Virus record (IMG/VR): IMGVR_UViG_3300005911_000002
Coordinates: 1 to 64,000 of that record
DNA: 64,000 nucleotides
Source: a virus
Reading direction: 5' to 3' (one strand)
Below, in pieces: positions 30,728-40,524 of this stretch. The translations under genes and the position numbers were made by a program. The notes below the pieces were generated by a model, which saw only the letters and a list, made by a program, of their open reading frames with translations, had not been told where the DNA came from and searched no databases. How positions within the stretch are numbered: position 1 is the stretch's first letter; every line of letters starts with the position of its first letter.

Positions 30728-31420
30728 ATGAAAGTACCTACAGATATAATGAAGCACGCGGAGCATGCGGCGTCTAAATATCTCAACGATGGTGTTGAGA
30801 TGAACTACACCATAACTAAGATAGCTAAGGATTCCTGCATGAACTCCGACAAGATTGATAGGGTATGTGAGGTTGCTAATCATTTGGTAAATAAGGTTGC
30901 GGTTAAAGTTCAGGATCGGTACACAGCATTTCCCGTAGCGGACCCAACCAAAGTAAAAGTGGCAGTGGATTCTCTTGAAGGAAACCTTTCTCCTTTGAGC
31001 CGACGGGTATCCGACACTACAAAAGATAGTGATAAGGTAGAGAAGAAGACCGCATCGATTAAAAATACCCGGGAGGATATACCAACGTATGATCAGTTAT
31101 CGGTTAAGATAGCTAAAGTACGAATGGATCTCGGAGATAAGACTGCATCGGTTATTGATATTATATCAAATATCGCCAAGGAAGTTGGGATTGATAACGC
31201 CGAGGAGTATCTTACAAAGGTAGGTAGTGCTCTGCCGGAAATGATTAAAGATCACATATTAATAGAAGCGTTGGATAAGAGCGCCAGTACTATAACTACT
31301 AAAGTGGCTAACATAGTGTTTATCGAGGATGACTCGGATGCAGAGTGCATACAAGGTCTCGCCGACTCACTCAAATTATCTCACGAGTTATCTATTTTGA
31401 GGGACCATTTTTATGGCTAA
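30728..31420 (+). CDS. head-module protein (K-x-A rich)
   Basis: KKTAS, DKTAS, DKSAS and TKVAN motifs; first gene of the head operon. Confidence 0.6.
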   Translation: MKVPTDIMKHAEHAASKYLNDGVEMNYTITKIAKDSCMNSDKIDRVCEVANHLVNKVAVKVQDRYTAFPVADPTKVKVAVDSLEGNLSPLSRRVSDTTKDSDKVEKKTASIKNTREDIPTYDQLSVKIAKVRMDLGDKTASVIDIISNIAKEVGIDNAEEYLTKVGSALPEMIKDHILIEALDKSASTITTKVANIVFIEDDSDAECIQGLADSLKLSHELSILRDHFYG

Positions 31421-32891
31421 CATCACAAAGTCAGCTATCTACGATTTTGGAATCAGTAAAACCCTACCCATGTCTGCCGCGTACCTTGACAGCATTAAGG
31501 ATAGCTTCAGAACTAAGGGCATGGGGGAGAAGGTTCTGAATTGGTTAAAAAAACCAAGTACTTTCAAACTCCGGAATTCACTCGGGGTTTTTGATTTTGC
31601 AGCTGATGGACTATTCAGCTTAGTGAATGTGGGTTTGAGTGCGGGCGTTAAGCCGTCCCTGTTCTCTTCTAGAACCCCCAGTAGATTAACCCCGACTATA
31701 TCAAAGTTAACAAATAATTTTAAAATAAAAAAGAGCAGTGCCGGAGGAAACATGGTTAAGAAGACAGCAGCAGAAATGGAAGACGGGATACGTTCGCAGG
31801 TAAGCCAATACCAGCGCATGTTTCCAGATTTATCGGTTAGCCAAATAGTACAAGAGATGCAAACTAGCCGCGCAGTAGAGGAAGATGACTTTATACGGGG
31901 GATGGCCCGATTGTCTAATGCAGAGGTTTCTCCAGAAGTGGTCCCAAACTTGAAGCGTGTATACCCGACCCTGGATGCCGGGGAGCTCTACGGAGCTTCT
32001 AAGTATAACATTAACCATGAGGGTGGAGACCAGAAGGCGCTATACAAATATCTTGATAGAGTTCTAAATGCGCAACCCATCGACCCTAGCGTCGTAGCTA
32101 GAGATGCGGCTAATATTACTAAGGTTATGCCAGAAGGAACCCATGTGGGTGACATTGGTAAAATGATATATAAGTCTAATGGCAATAACGAAAAGTTATT
32201 CACAGACCTCAAGATGCATACCAAAGAGTTGGCAGATACAGAATTGTCTAAAAATAAAAAGTTACTTGTTGGGAGCGGGATTGCACTGGGTACCATGTAC
32301 CTCGGTAAAAAATTGTATGATTACGTTTCCAATAGTTCTAGACGAAACTTTGCAGAAGAGAAATATCCCGAATTATATAGCAGATATCAAACACACGAGG
32401 ACGGAAATAGCTACAGGTCAGAGCCAAAGTACGAGAAAATGGGGCATATCCTAAGTGAGGAAGATTTCATTAAGAAGACTGCCGGACTCAAGAGTATACT
32501 TACTAATCTTGGCGTTGGTCTCGGGTTAACGATGGCACCATCAGTAATAGGGTCTATCACGGGTGGTTCGTCTGCAGGTGCTTCGAACGATGACGTTCTG
32601 GAACTGTCTATGAACCTACTAAACTTTGATCCTAGTTTGAATGACATACCACGGCAGATTCTTTTTGATTTAGTTAAGAGCGTTGTGATACACTCGCCGT
32701 CTTTGGCACAGGATCTATCTGCATTGTCGCAGGCAGTAAAGTCTGCACATTACTACGGTGGAATGGGACCTCAGATGGTACAGAGCCTGACTAAGATTGA
32801 GTCCGATAAGGGCAAGATGAACCAGACGGCAAACAAACCGATATTGGATGCTCTTGGAATGATGACTAGCATTAACGTACTATCGAGGTAA
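31413..32891 (+). CDS. head-module protein with Gly-rich TM segments (K-x-A rich)
   Basis: KKTAA, KKTAG; LLVGSGIALG and LGVGLGL helices. Confidence 0.6.
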   Translation: MANITKSAIYDFGISKTLPMSAAYLDSIKDSFRTKGMGEKVLNWLKKPSTFKLRNSLGVFDFAADGLFSLVNVGLSAGVKPSLFSSRTPSRLTPTISKLTNNFKIKKSSAGGNMVKKTAAEMEDGIRSQVSQYQRMFPDLSVSQIVQEMQTSRAVEEDDFIRGMARLSNAEVSPEVVPNLKRVYPTLDAGELYGASKYNINHEGGDQKALYKYLDRVLNAQPIDPSVVARDAANITKVMPEGTHVGDIGKMIYKSNGNNEKLFTDLKMHTKELADTELSKNKKLLVGSGIALGTMYLGKKLYDYVSNSSRRNFAEEKYPELYSRYQTHEDGNSYRSEPKYEKMGHILSEEDFIKKTAGLKSILTNLGVGLGLTMAPSVIGSITGGSSAGASNDDVLELSMNLLNFDPSLNDIPRQILFDLVKSVVIHSPSLAQDLSALSQAVKSAHYYGGMGPQMVQSLTKIESDKGKMNQTANKPILDALGMMTSINVLSR

Positions 32892-32902
32892 GGAGACATA
32901 CT

Positions 32903-33196
32903 ATGTTTACAATATACAAAAAAACAAAACCGGTAGCTATGGTAGGGGTAGTTCAGGGAGTTGTCCTGGTATCCTCAAATACGCTACTTATCCACAACAT
33001 TCTAAAGAATGTCCTTTCAAGACCTCATTTTGTCAGGGATAAGAAGGGGCATAAAGTCCAGACTAACGACAAGAATGTAATCATAGAGGATATCCTAAGA
33101 ACTAAGGTATATTCTCCATACCGGGTAGTAAAAGAGAATGCGTTGCTAGGTGCGACTAAATATGTACATAAGGTAGTGTTATACGATGTTAACTAA
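32903..33196 (+). CDS. hypothetical protein
   Basis: 97-aa ORF with AAGGAG RBS. Confidence 0.55.
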   Translation: MFTIYKKTKPVAMVGVVQGVVLVSSNTLLIHNILKNVLSRPHFVRDKKGHKVQTNDKNVIIEDILRTKVYSPYRVVKENALLGATKYVHKVVLYDVN

Positions 33197-35213
33197 ATAT
33201 GTTCAATGGGCGAGTGTGCTTCCTGACGGCCGACCCGCTAATTACCTGATCGACCCGAATGTTAAAGTAGCTGCGGCTGTTTTATCTGAGAGTGCCGAGA
33301 TACATCCTGAAATTGTGGAGTTCATCGAGAACCTACAGCCCGAGGATACCAAGAGCTATGTCCTAGCAATAGCTATGGGTTGTGGGGAGTTCTGGGGTTC
33401 CAACCTCAATGCGGATTACTTCGGGTGGGATGAACTATACCCGGCAGACCCCAAGGCCAAGTATGGCTTTAAAACTTTTATGGGTAACAAAATGTTCCGC
33501 AGGCATAAGCATACCGACACTAGCCCTTACTTTGGGAGAGTTGTTATGGTGGCGTACAATGAGCAGATGGGTCGGGTCGAGGTAATATACACACTTGATC
33601 ACGACAAACCAGAGAATGACAAAACGCTTAGAAACATGGACAAGGGAATATTCCCACAAGTGTCTATGGGGTGTAAGATAGCGTATGATGTATGCACAGT
33701 TTGCGGGCATAGATCGGACAACGGAAAAAGACGATGTGACCATATAAGACTTAGGAGAAATCATATTTATCCTGATGGAACTAAAGCTATGATGGATAAT
33801 ATACGACCTATATTCTTTGATCTTTCCATAGTAGATGTTCCAGCGGATTGCACGGCCTGGAGTGTTAAGAAGGTAGCTTCTATGGCGTATATTCCTGATA
33901 TGAAGATGTCGTCTATTAGCAAGAGAGTGCCATCCCAGACAATCGTAACAAACGACGTCAAAGAGTGGCTACCAGGAGCATTACTAGTAAACAGCGCTAT
34001 GGATAATAGTGTGGATATTCCAGTAGAATCGTTAATGGAAAGAGTGTCTCCGGAGTCGTTACTTCATGGTATGATGCTTATGGGTATGAAGCCTAAGCCA
34101 AATGAGTTTTGCCGTATGATAAGTAAGATGTTTGGCATAGATACTCCTGAAACATTCTCGCCACACATCGTGGACAGTGTTCCAACGGATGAGTTTGCAG
34201 CGTTTAAAGATATGATCTCTAAGGTAGTGAAGTCCGTTCCGGAGTTAGACGGCATAAAAGACTTTGTGAAAGATAGGACGTCAGCATCTCCGAGAGTACT
34301 AAGGATTGTCGTGGTTAAGAAATCACCTAAAGAAGTAATGGTTAAGAATGCTATGGAACATACTCCTATACAGGACACACTGAATAACTTGTACTTTATG
34401 CTGGGAGGCCAGATGTCAGATATCGCTGTTAAAAGTGCATCAGTTATAGGGCTCCCAATATTACGTAGAGTTCTGGACTATTTTGACATTGCTAAAATGA
34501 GGCGGGTACTGGCATTTCTTGTCGGGGCACGCGTTATTAATCAGGGTACGAATATAGCAACAACGCCATATACTGGAGTATATGACAACTCAGCTGAGTT
34601 GGCTACATATACGGATATTATGACAGGCATGCCCGCTGCTGTAAGTCTTCAAATGTTTAACAACATGACAGGTAAAACAGCTGGTATTGCATCTAAAGTA
34701 TTGATACCACCAGCGGTAGCGTACGCTACAAAGGCGTATCTGGACTACAAAGTTAATCGGGATGGTGTTTCCACACCTACCCAGGAATTAGTTCGGAATA
34801 ACCCAAAGATGATGACGCTCTTACTTGCTATATCACCATGGTTAGCAAAGAAGACCGGTCTTAATGAAGCGTCCCTTCTACTGGGAGCGGGTGTAGCGGG
34901 TTACGGCGCTGGCCAAGTAGCCGCAAAGATGGCTTCGTATGATGAAATAATTCTTACAGATGACAACAGGGATGACATATTCACAAAGTTAGCGATGGAA
35001 AATATAACCCCGCAGAGAGCGGAGTTACTAAAGAATATAGCAGCGGTGTTTCTCGCTGGGGCAGGGATAGGTGCTGTTGTAGGTGTTTCACCTGCATCAG
35101 ATGAGATTAAGGTAGAACCCCAACCTAGACCACAGCAGCAGAACCAACAGGAATTGCGGGAACAGTACGCTAAGAGATATTATAGCATGTTAAAAAGGAG
35201 GGGAGAGTTATGA
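33186..35213 (+). CDS. prohead (capsid maturation) protease with long C-terminal extension
   Basis: NLNADYF, FRRH (His), VSMGC (Ser), CTVCG/CDH and FFDLSIVDVPAD, typical of HK97/herpes-fold phage proteases; upstream of the capsid gene. Confidence 0.8.
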   Translation: MLTKYVQWASVLPDGRPANYLIDPNVKVAAAVLSESAEIHPEIVEFIENLQPEDTKSYVLAIAMGCGEFWGSNLNADYFGWDELYPADPKAKYGFKTFMGNKMFRRHKHTDTSPYFGRVVMVAYNEQMGRVEVIYTLDHDKPENDKTLRNMDKGIFPQVSMGCKIAYDVCTVCGHRSDNGKRRCDHIRLRRNHIYPDGTKAMMDNIRPIFFDLSIVDVPADCTAWSVKKVASMAYIPDMKMSSISKRVPSQTIVTNDVKEWLPGALLVNSAMDNSVDIPVESLMERVSPESLLHGMMLMGMKPKPNEFCRMISKMFGIDTPETFSPHIVDSVPTDEFAAFKDMISKVVKSVPELDGIKDFVKDRTSASPRVLRIVVVKKSPKEVMVKNAMEHTPIQDTLNNLYFMLGGQMSDIAVKSASVIGLPILRRVLDYFDIAKMRRVLAFLVGARVINQGTNIATTPYTGVYDNSAELATYTDIMTGMPAAVSLQMFNNMTGKTAGIASKVLIPPAVAYATKAYLDYKVNRDGVSTPTQELVRNNPKMMTLLLAISPWLAKKTGLNEASLLLGAGVAGYGAGQVAAKMASYDEIILTDDNRDDIFTKLAMENITPQRAELLKNIAAVFLAGAGIGAVVGVSPASDEIKVEPQPRPQQQNQQELREQYAKRYYSMLKRRGEL

Positions 35214-35638
35214 TAAGCAGGCTACCAACAGACGGGAAAGCAGCATACGAAGCGACCTATAAAACGGCGTTGAGTTATTATGGGGGTGACAAAGAGGCCG
35301 CCTCGAAGGTTGCTTGGAGCACTGTGAAGAAACGTTACAAAAGAGACCCAACTTCCAAACAGTGGGAAAAACGGGCCAGTGCGGAGAGCTGGAAGTATAG
35401 TAATGTCAACATAGAGGACGAGCTTAAGAGTGCTAGTGTTACAAAGGATATGCTTATAGGCACTACCGGGGATAGCACAGACCTCAGTAAGGCGGCTATG
35501 TGGGACGACGATATAAAGATGGGGATATGTATAGCGATACGATCCCAGAACAAGGAACTGCTCAGAAAGGTAGCTCAATCAGATATTACCTATAATAAAA
35601 TACTGCTTGACAATTACTTGAACTGCGTGGTACAATAA
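35210..35638 (+). CDS. ChaB-domain protein
   Basis: LP..G...Y...Y..AL..Y.GD.E.A.KVAW..VKK.Y ChaB signature. Confidence 0.75.
   Translation: MISRLPTDGKAAYEATYKTALSYYGGDKEAASKVAWSTVKKRYKRDPTSKQWEKRASAESWKYSNVNIEDELKSASVTKDMLIGTTGDSTDLSKAAMWDDDIKMGICIAIRSQNKELLRKVAQSDITYNKILLDNYLNCVVQ
35607..35636 (+). promoter_or_regulatory. sigmaA-type promoter
   Basis: TTGACA-18-TACAAT with extended TG. Confidence 0.7.
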
Positions 35639-35669
35639 TTAGGAAATTTACGGTAGGAGGAATACTACA

Positions 35670-36275
35670 ATGGGTGTTAATGTACATGATATCCTTCGTA
35701 CGAAAACTGCAGAAGTTAAACCAACTTTCGCACAGGTACGGGAGAATTTAGTAAAAATGGCGGCAGTTAAAGTTGCTACTGAAGTTGTTACTGAACCAGC
35801 TACTAAACCAGCGCAGGAGACTGACCAGTCTAAATACGCTGCATACGGTGGAGAAGATAATGCAAAGGCTATCGTCCAATCAGCAGAATTGTTTGCAGAT
35901 GTGGCCGGAGATTTACTCATCACAAAGCTTGCAGAAGCAGTTATGGGAATGGGAGCACCAGCTCCAGCAGTTCCAGCAGCTCCAGCAGCTCCAGCAGCGC
36001 CAGTAGACCCAGCAGCTCAGGGAGCTCCAGGCGGTGGTGAAGAAGAAGCTATAATGGATGCTCTTCATCAGTTGCTCAGTGATCCAAATTCTCTGAATGA
36101 CCCAGAAGCTAAAGCGGCAATCGCTGAACTTCTCGCGGGTCTTGACGAACAGAAAATAGCAGAATTAGCGCAGGCTTATCCGGTAGTACAAGCTGTACTC
36201 CAGGAAGCTTCAGGAATGGGCGGACAGGCTCCAGCGCCAGCAATGGCACAGGCACCTGCTCCAGCAGCGATGTAA
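35670..36275 (+). CDS. scaffold-like Ala/Pro-rich head protein
   Basis: AGGAGG RBS; codon usage like a highly expressed gene; PAAPAAP linker; several K-x-A motifs. Confidence 0.55.
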   Translation: MGVNVHDILRTKTAEVKPTFAQVRENLVKMAAVKVATEVVTEPATKPAQETDQSKYAAYGGEDNAKAIVQSAELFADVAGDLLITKLAEAVMGMGAPAPAVPAAPAAPAAPVDPAAQGAPGGGEEEAIMDALHQLLSDPNSLNDPEAKAAIAELLAGLDEQKIAELAQAYPVVQAVLQEASGMGGQAPAPAMAQAPAPAAM

Positions 36276-36352
36276 TTCTTTTTTAAATCTAACTTAGATA
36301 GACAGGGGAGAGGGTGTACTTCTCCCCTGTCTTAGGTTATCGGAGGTTGTGA

Positions 36353-36868
36353 ATGGACATGAATGCTTTGGCCGAAGCATTAGAAAGTATCGCGTACCAG
36401 TATGAGGATGAGCAGCTACGTAGAGTTGGTGAATCAATAGAGCTCGGAGTAGCACGAAGTCTTGTAAAGCTTGCACGAAAACAAATAAAAGTCGGGTATG
36501 GCTCCTCTATGTTTGGAGATGATATGGACTTTTGGGAAGGGTATGAGAACGTTAAGCCAGAACCAAAGAAGTGGTTCAGAGAACGCAAGCCATTTGTAGC
36601 GGATAAGACTGTCACAAGGATGGACCCGAATCCGGCTAGAAATTTCCAAGCGGACCCGCCGAAAGCACCCGGATGGACCAAGCGATTTTTCACAGCTCTT
36701 TCGAAGAAACTAAAGAACATACCATGGAAGTATAAAGGACCTGGCGGGGCACTGCTTGCGGCCGGAACTAGCTATAAACTTCTAGATTGGATTACCAAGC
36801 GCAAACCGATGCGGGGATATGCTGGAGATCTACAAAAAGTTGTAAAGTTACCTTACTACGGGAGGTAG
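36353..36868 (+). CDS. hypothetical head-module protein
   Basis: GGAGG RBS; VKLAR motif; Gly-rich hydrophobic helix. Confidence 0.55.
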   Translation: MDMNALAEALESIAYQYEDEQLRRVGESIELGVARSLVKLARKQIKVGYGSSMFGDDMDFWEGYENVKPEPKKWFRERKPFVADKTVTRMDPNPARNFQADPPKAPGWTKRFFTALSKKLKNIPWKYKGPGGALLAAGTSYKLLDWITKRKPMRGYAGDLQKVVKLPYYGR

Positions 36869-36870
36869 TT

Positions 36871-37263
36871 ATGAATATACGAGAAGAACTTCTAAAAGTA
36901 GCCGGACTCATGAAGCAAGAGGCCGCTAAATCAGAGATTAGGAGTATTATAAAAACGTCTTCCAAGGCAGATAGTATTTCACTGGACATTCCCCCGGTGC
37001 AAGACACCACTAAGATCGCTCTCGAAGTTGCTAATGAGATGATCAATAAGGGCCTTGCACCAGAGCACCAGTACAGGAACCTTGTGAGTAACCTAATAGA
37101 AATGCCAATGGAAAAACTGGCCTCTTTTAGGGATGGTATTGGCAATGGGATTTTCGATTTAATGGACGTGGACAAGGAAAACACTAGACTTGTAGACGCC
37201 AGCTCACTAGGAAACACTAGTAGTCCAGCGTTTGCGGACTGGCTGGACAAGTATAGTGGTTAA
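36871..37263 (+). CDS. hypothetical head-module protein
   Basis: ATG after GGAGG; LKVAG, TKIAL, EKLAS motifs. Confidence 0.6.
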   Translation: MNIREELLKVAGLMKQEAAKSEIRSIIKTSSKADSISLDIPPVQDTTKIALEVANEMINKGLAPEHQYRNLVSNLIEMPMEKLASFRDGIGNGIFDLMDVDKENTRLVDASSLGNTSSPAFADWLDKYSG

Positions 37264-37269
37264 TTTGAA

Positions 37270-37298
37270 TTGACAAGTAGTGGCAGATATGTTATACT
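37270..37298 (+). promoter_or_regulatory. sigmaA-type promoter of the capsid genes
   Basis: TTGACA-17-TATACT with extended TG. Confidence 0.8.
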
Positions 37299-37330
37299 GT
37301 ATTTGATAAGTTTAATGAGGAGGAAGATTA

Positions 37331-37777
37331 ATGGAACCTAGAATGGAAATTTTAAACAGCTGCGAAAGATACAGAGTTAGAAATGTACTTCTTGCAACTG
37401 GCGTTACAGGCCTTCTGGAAGGCGAGCCAATTCAGTTGGATTCCGCTGGAAAAGGCATTAAAATTGGATCGACCGCGGCATCGAGCCCGTTTACGTATTT
37501 GGTATATGAGGAAGATTCAAACTCACCAGGTACTTGGCCTAATGCAGGTGTTGCCGTTATTGAAATATTTGGACACCTTAATATTCGTACTACTGTGTAT
37601 AACGCAGCAAAAACGTACGCAATAGGAAGTGCTCTCACATTAGTAAGTGGTAAATGGGACCTCGCTACTTTCGAACAGAAGATATTTGGGTATGCACAGG
37701 TACTCCCAGCATCGCAGGATGCACCGATGGAAATCCAATGTATTGAGAACGGCATTACATTGCCAGCGGAGGCATAA
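37331..37777 (+). CDS. capsid decoration/cement protein
   Basis: 148-aa beta-rich protein directly upstream of the major capsid gene; Y.IG..L....G motif. Confidence 0.6.
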   Translation: MEPRMEILNSCERYRVRNVLLATGVTGLLEGEPIQLDSAGKGIKIGSTAASSPFTYLVYEEDSNSPGTWPNAGVAVIEIFGHLNIRTTVYNAAKTYAIGSALTLVSGKWDLATFEQKIFGYAQVLPASQDAPMEIQCIENGITLPAEA

Positions 37778-37780
37778 TCG

Positions 37781-38740
37781 ATGAATATAACACGAGAAGA
37801 AAAAGTTAAAGTTGCTGGTGTTTTTCGCGAAACACTTATTGATGGAAATATCAAAGAAGCCGAAGCTCAGATTTCTGATTACGTAAAACTACGTATTAGA
37901 GAAGAATCTGTTGCCAAACAGCTTTTTAGGGTCCGGGACGATATTACTCTTAAGAGTAGAGAAGTCAGAGAACAAGATGAACTTGTTGATGATGCTAATC
38001 AGCTCTTTAAAGGGATGCTCGAAAACAACATAGAATTGTTCGTAAGAACAAAACTAGCAAAATACGCCACCGCAGAACAAGGCTCTTTCACTAGAAATAG
38101 TAGAGTCCGCAGAGAAAGAAGAGAATATGCTTACTTTCCAATCATGAGAATCTGGACTGACGTCTATGAATTCGACTTGGACAAGTTAGATATCCATTCT
38201 GACACAGAGCTTATTACGGAGCTTGAGAATGACTTCGTATATGCTTTCAACGACAGACTCGATGCAATTGTTCTTCAGTTATTCTTGGATGCTATTGGTA
38301 AAGTTACTGCAAACAACGTAGTTTCTGCAAATGCTAATGCTACAAGAGCGGACTGGAAAGCTTTGATTGACGCTATGGAAGCCAACAAACTGTTGGCCAG
38401 TGTACTCGCTACATCAACCACAAGAGCAAGGGATACATTCCTTCTCACTGGTACAGATATAGGTGATCACGCTGGAGAAACTTTTAGACAGGGTGACAAG
38501 TACTTTGAAACTATCGCTGGTCTTAAGAAAGTAACATCTGTTGCTTCTCCACTTACCGTCGATAATGTTGTATGGTGTATGGCTTCATCTGATTATGTTG
38601 GTGATATGTTTAATGTAACTCCAATGACAATCAGAACGAAAGAAATACCTTTCGAAAACAAAATGCAAATGAAGGGTTTTTGTGATGTAGCTGTTGGACT
38701 TGCTAACATTAAAGGTGTTGCAAGACTTAGCTTCACATAG
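37781..38740 (+). CDS. major capsid protein (HK97 fold)
   Basis: Position, size, strong codon bias, RIREES N-arm, C-terminal VGLANIKGVARLSF, strong terminator after. Confidence 0.75.
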   Translation: MNITREEKVKVAGVFRETLIDGNIKEAEAQISDYVKLRIREESVAKQLFRVRDDITLKSREVREQDELVDDANQLFKGMLENNIELFVRTKLAKYATAEQGSFTRNSRVRRERREYAYFPIMRIWTDVYEFDLDKLDIHSDTELITELENDFVYAFNDRLDAIVLQLFLDAIGKVTANNVVSANANATRADWKALIDAMEANKLLASVLATSTTRARDTFLLTGTDIGDHAGETFRQGDKYFETIAGLKKVTSVASPLTVDNVVWCMASSDYVGDMFNVTPMTIRTKEIPFENKMQMKGFCDVAVGLANIKGVARLSFT

Positions 38741-38765
38741 AAACTGTTCGCGCAACGCGATATAT

Positions 38766-38799
38766 AAAAAGCACGAGGGTTTGGCTCTCGTGCTTTTTT
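38766..38799 (+). terminator. intrinsic terminator
   Basis: AAAAAGCACGAG/CTCGTGCTTTTTT stem. Confidence 0.85.
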
Positions 38800-38859
38800 C
38801 TTGTATTTTTGTCGTATATGTGATATAATCATATTATTAAAATTCCATGGAGGATTAGT

Positions 38860-39243
38860 ATGAAAAAAGTTATAGTAAAGAATAAGTCAGAGGCGACCCT
38901 AGTATTAGATGGTGGCCCGGTAGTTAAGGGTCTAGAGGAGAAGTTAGTCGACGCTGATATTATGTTACGACCCTCAAACAAACGGCTATTAGGCAAATAC
39001 ATCCAGATTCTTGAAGCTACAATGCCTGTTGCTACCGTCCCAGAACCATTGAAAGAAGCACCTAAAGTAGCTGCGCCCGTAGTACCTGCGGTACCTGATG
39101 TAGAGGCGGTCGTAGAACCAGACCCACTCGAAGCAGACATACTCGCGGCTATGGAAGCAAGCATTAAAGAAGAGCCTGCAGTTAAAGAAGATGTTAAGGA
39201 AGACGTGCCTGAAGTTAAGAAAAAAAGAAACAGAAAAAAATAG
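38860..39243 (+). CDS. hypothetical protein
   Basis: GGAGG RBS; promoter TTGTAT-17-TATAAT at 38801-38829. Confidence 0.6.
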   Translation: MKKVIVKNKSEATLVLDGGPVVKGLEEKLVDADIMLRPSNKRLLGKYIQILEATMPVATVPEPLKEAPKVAAPVVPAVPDVEAVVEPDPLEADILAAMEASIKEEPAVKEDVKEDVPEVKKKRNRKK

Positions 39244-39313
39244 ATGAAGAAAATCGTCTCATCTAATTTTCAGACGTCAGACGAAATAACAAAAGTAGCG
39301 GAGAAGCTAAAAG

Positions 39314-39718
39314 ATGAGTATATTAGAAAAAATAAGAAAAAGGATGAAGGACACAGAGGAAGCAAACGCGATCCTAAACGCAGTTGAGTTTTCAGAAGTA
39401 ACTATGCAGGATGCGATTGATGAAGCAGTTGACGAGTTCAACACATTATATGCCCCCCAGAGTTCTGATACGGAAGAAACCATTCCGTTTTTTGCTTTAT
39501 TTTTCGGAGTATGTACAAAGCTTCATGAAACCGCTAAGCTAGTAGCCAAGAGGAACTCGATTGCGTATAACGACGCAGGTGAGTCTCTTGACTACGATGG
39601 GAATAAAGACAGGGCCTATTCAGAATCTCTGCAGTACTTTTCTACTTTGTGGGAAAGGAGACAGAGGAATCTTAAGGCCAAAAAGAATGCACTGGGGTTT
39701 ATGGGGTCACTAGTATGA
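39314..39718 (+). CDS. head-tail adaptor protein
   Basis: Helical ~130-aa protein after the capsid gene; AIDEAVDEFN and Y.D.G.S patterns. Confidence 0.55.
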   Translation: MSILEKIRKRMKDTEEANAILNAVEFSEVTMQDAIDEAVDEFNTLYAPQSSDTEETIPFFALFFGVCTKLHETAKLVAKRNSIAYNDAGESLDYDGNKDRAYSESLQYFSTLWERRQRNLKAKKNALGFMGSLV

Positions 39719-40512
39719 TCATAGGGAGAATGCTTCCAACTGGGCCGTACTCGATTTATTTAGAATGGAGTATCCGAGATATTGAGCTCTTAACCATGGA
39801 CACTGTTGAAATATACAGGAGTAGTGGTGAAGCAGGTCCCTACGATTTGAAAGTTAGCCTTGATACTGGGCCCGCAGCTTACCTAGACGAGGGTATGAAC
39901 AATGTTTCATATCAAAGAGTATTTTACTACATCATCAAACTGGTTAGGGATGATGAGGTAATCGACCAGTCCCCCAAGCTGTGCATAGAACATACGGACG
40001 GACAGCAAGACCTTCTATATGGTATGATACAACGCGCGTCGTCTATCGGCTATCGAAGGTTGTTTGGTTCCAAATTATATGTTCTCCAGAAAAGGGACTG
40101 GGGTGTCCCTTGCGAGTGTCGCGACATGATACGAGGGCACTCTAGCGAGGATGACTGTAGAGCCTGTTATGGGACTAGCTTCCATGGCGGGTTTTACACC
40201 CCAGTTATAACAAGAGGTAAAAGGTCCCCGTTTGTTAAGAAATCTATAATGCAGTATTTTGTGACAGAACCGGGTGACGAGATGATAAAGCTAATGAACT
40301 ATCCTGTAGTTAAGGTGGGGGACACGTTAGTGGATTCTATGAATCATAGATATGAAATTATAAACATCCGAGTGAATAGGCGGCTGGACTTAATGGTCTC
40401 CCAACTATTGCAGGTTCGGAGATACCCGTCAATTAGCGACTTGATTTATATGTATGATTTAGATATCCCAGCCCTTAAACCTGAAATCTACAGGACGCAT
40501 GTTCCACTATAA
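39715..40512 (+). CDS. neck/head-closure protein
   Basis: FN3-like N-terminus; CxC...CxxCxGT.F.GGF motif; position. Confidence 0.55.
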   Translation: MIIGRMLPTGPYSIYLEWSIRDIELLTMDTVEIYRSSGEAGPYDLKVSLDTGPAAYLDEGMNNVSYQRVFYYIIKLVRDDEVIDQSPKLCIEHTDGQQDLLYGMIQRASSIGYRRLFGSKLYVLQKRDWGVPCECRDMIRGHSSEDDCRACYGTSFHGGFYTPVITRGKRSPFVKKSIMQYFVTEPGDEMIKLMNYPVVKVGDTLVDSMNHRYEIINIRVNRRLDLMVSQLLQVRRYPSISDLIYMYDLDIPALKPEIYRTHVPL

Positions 40513-40524
40513 ACTGGGGGAGCA

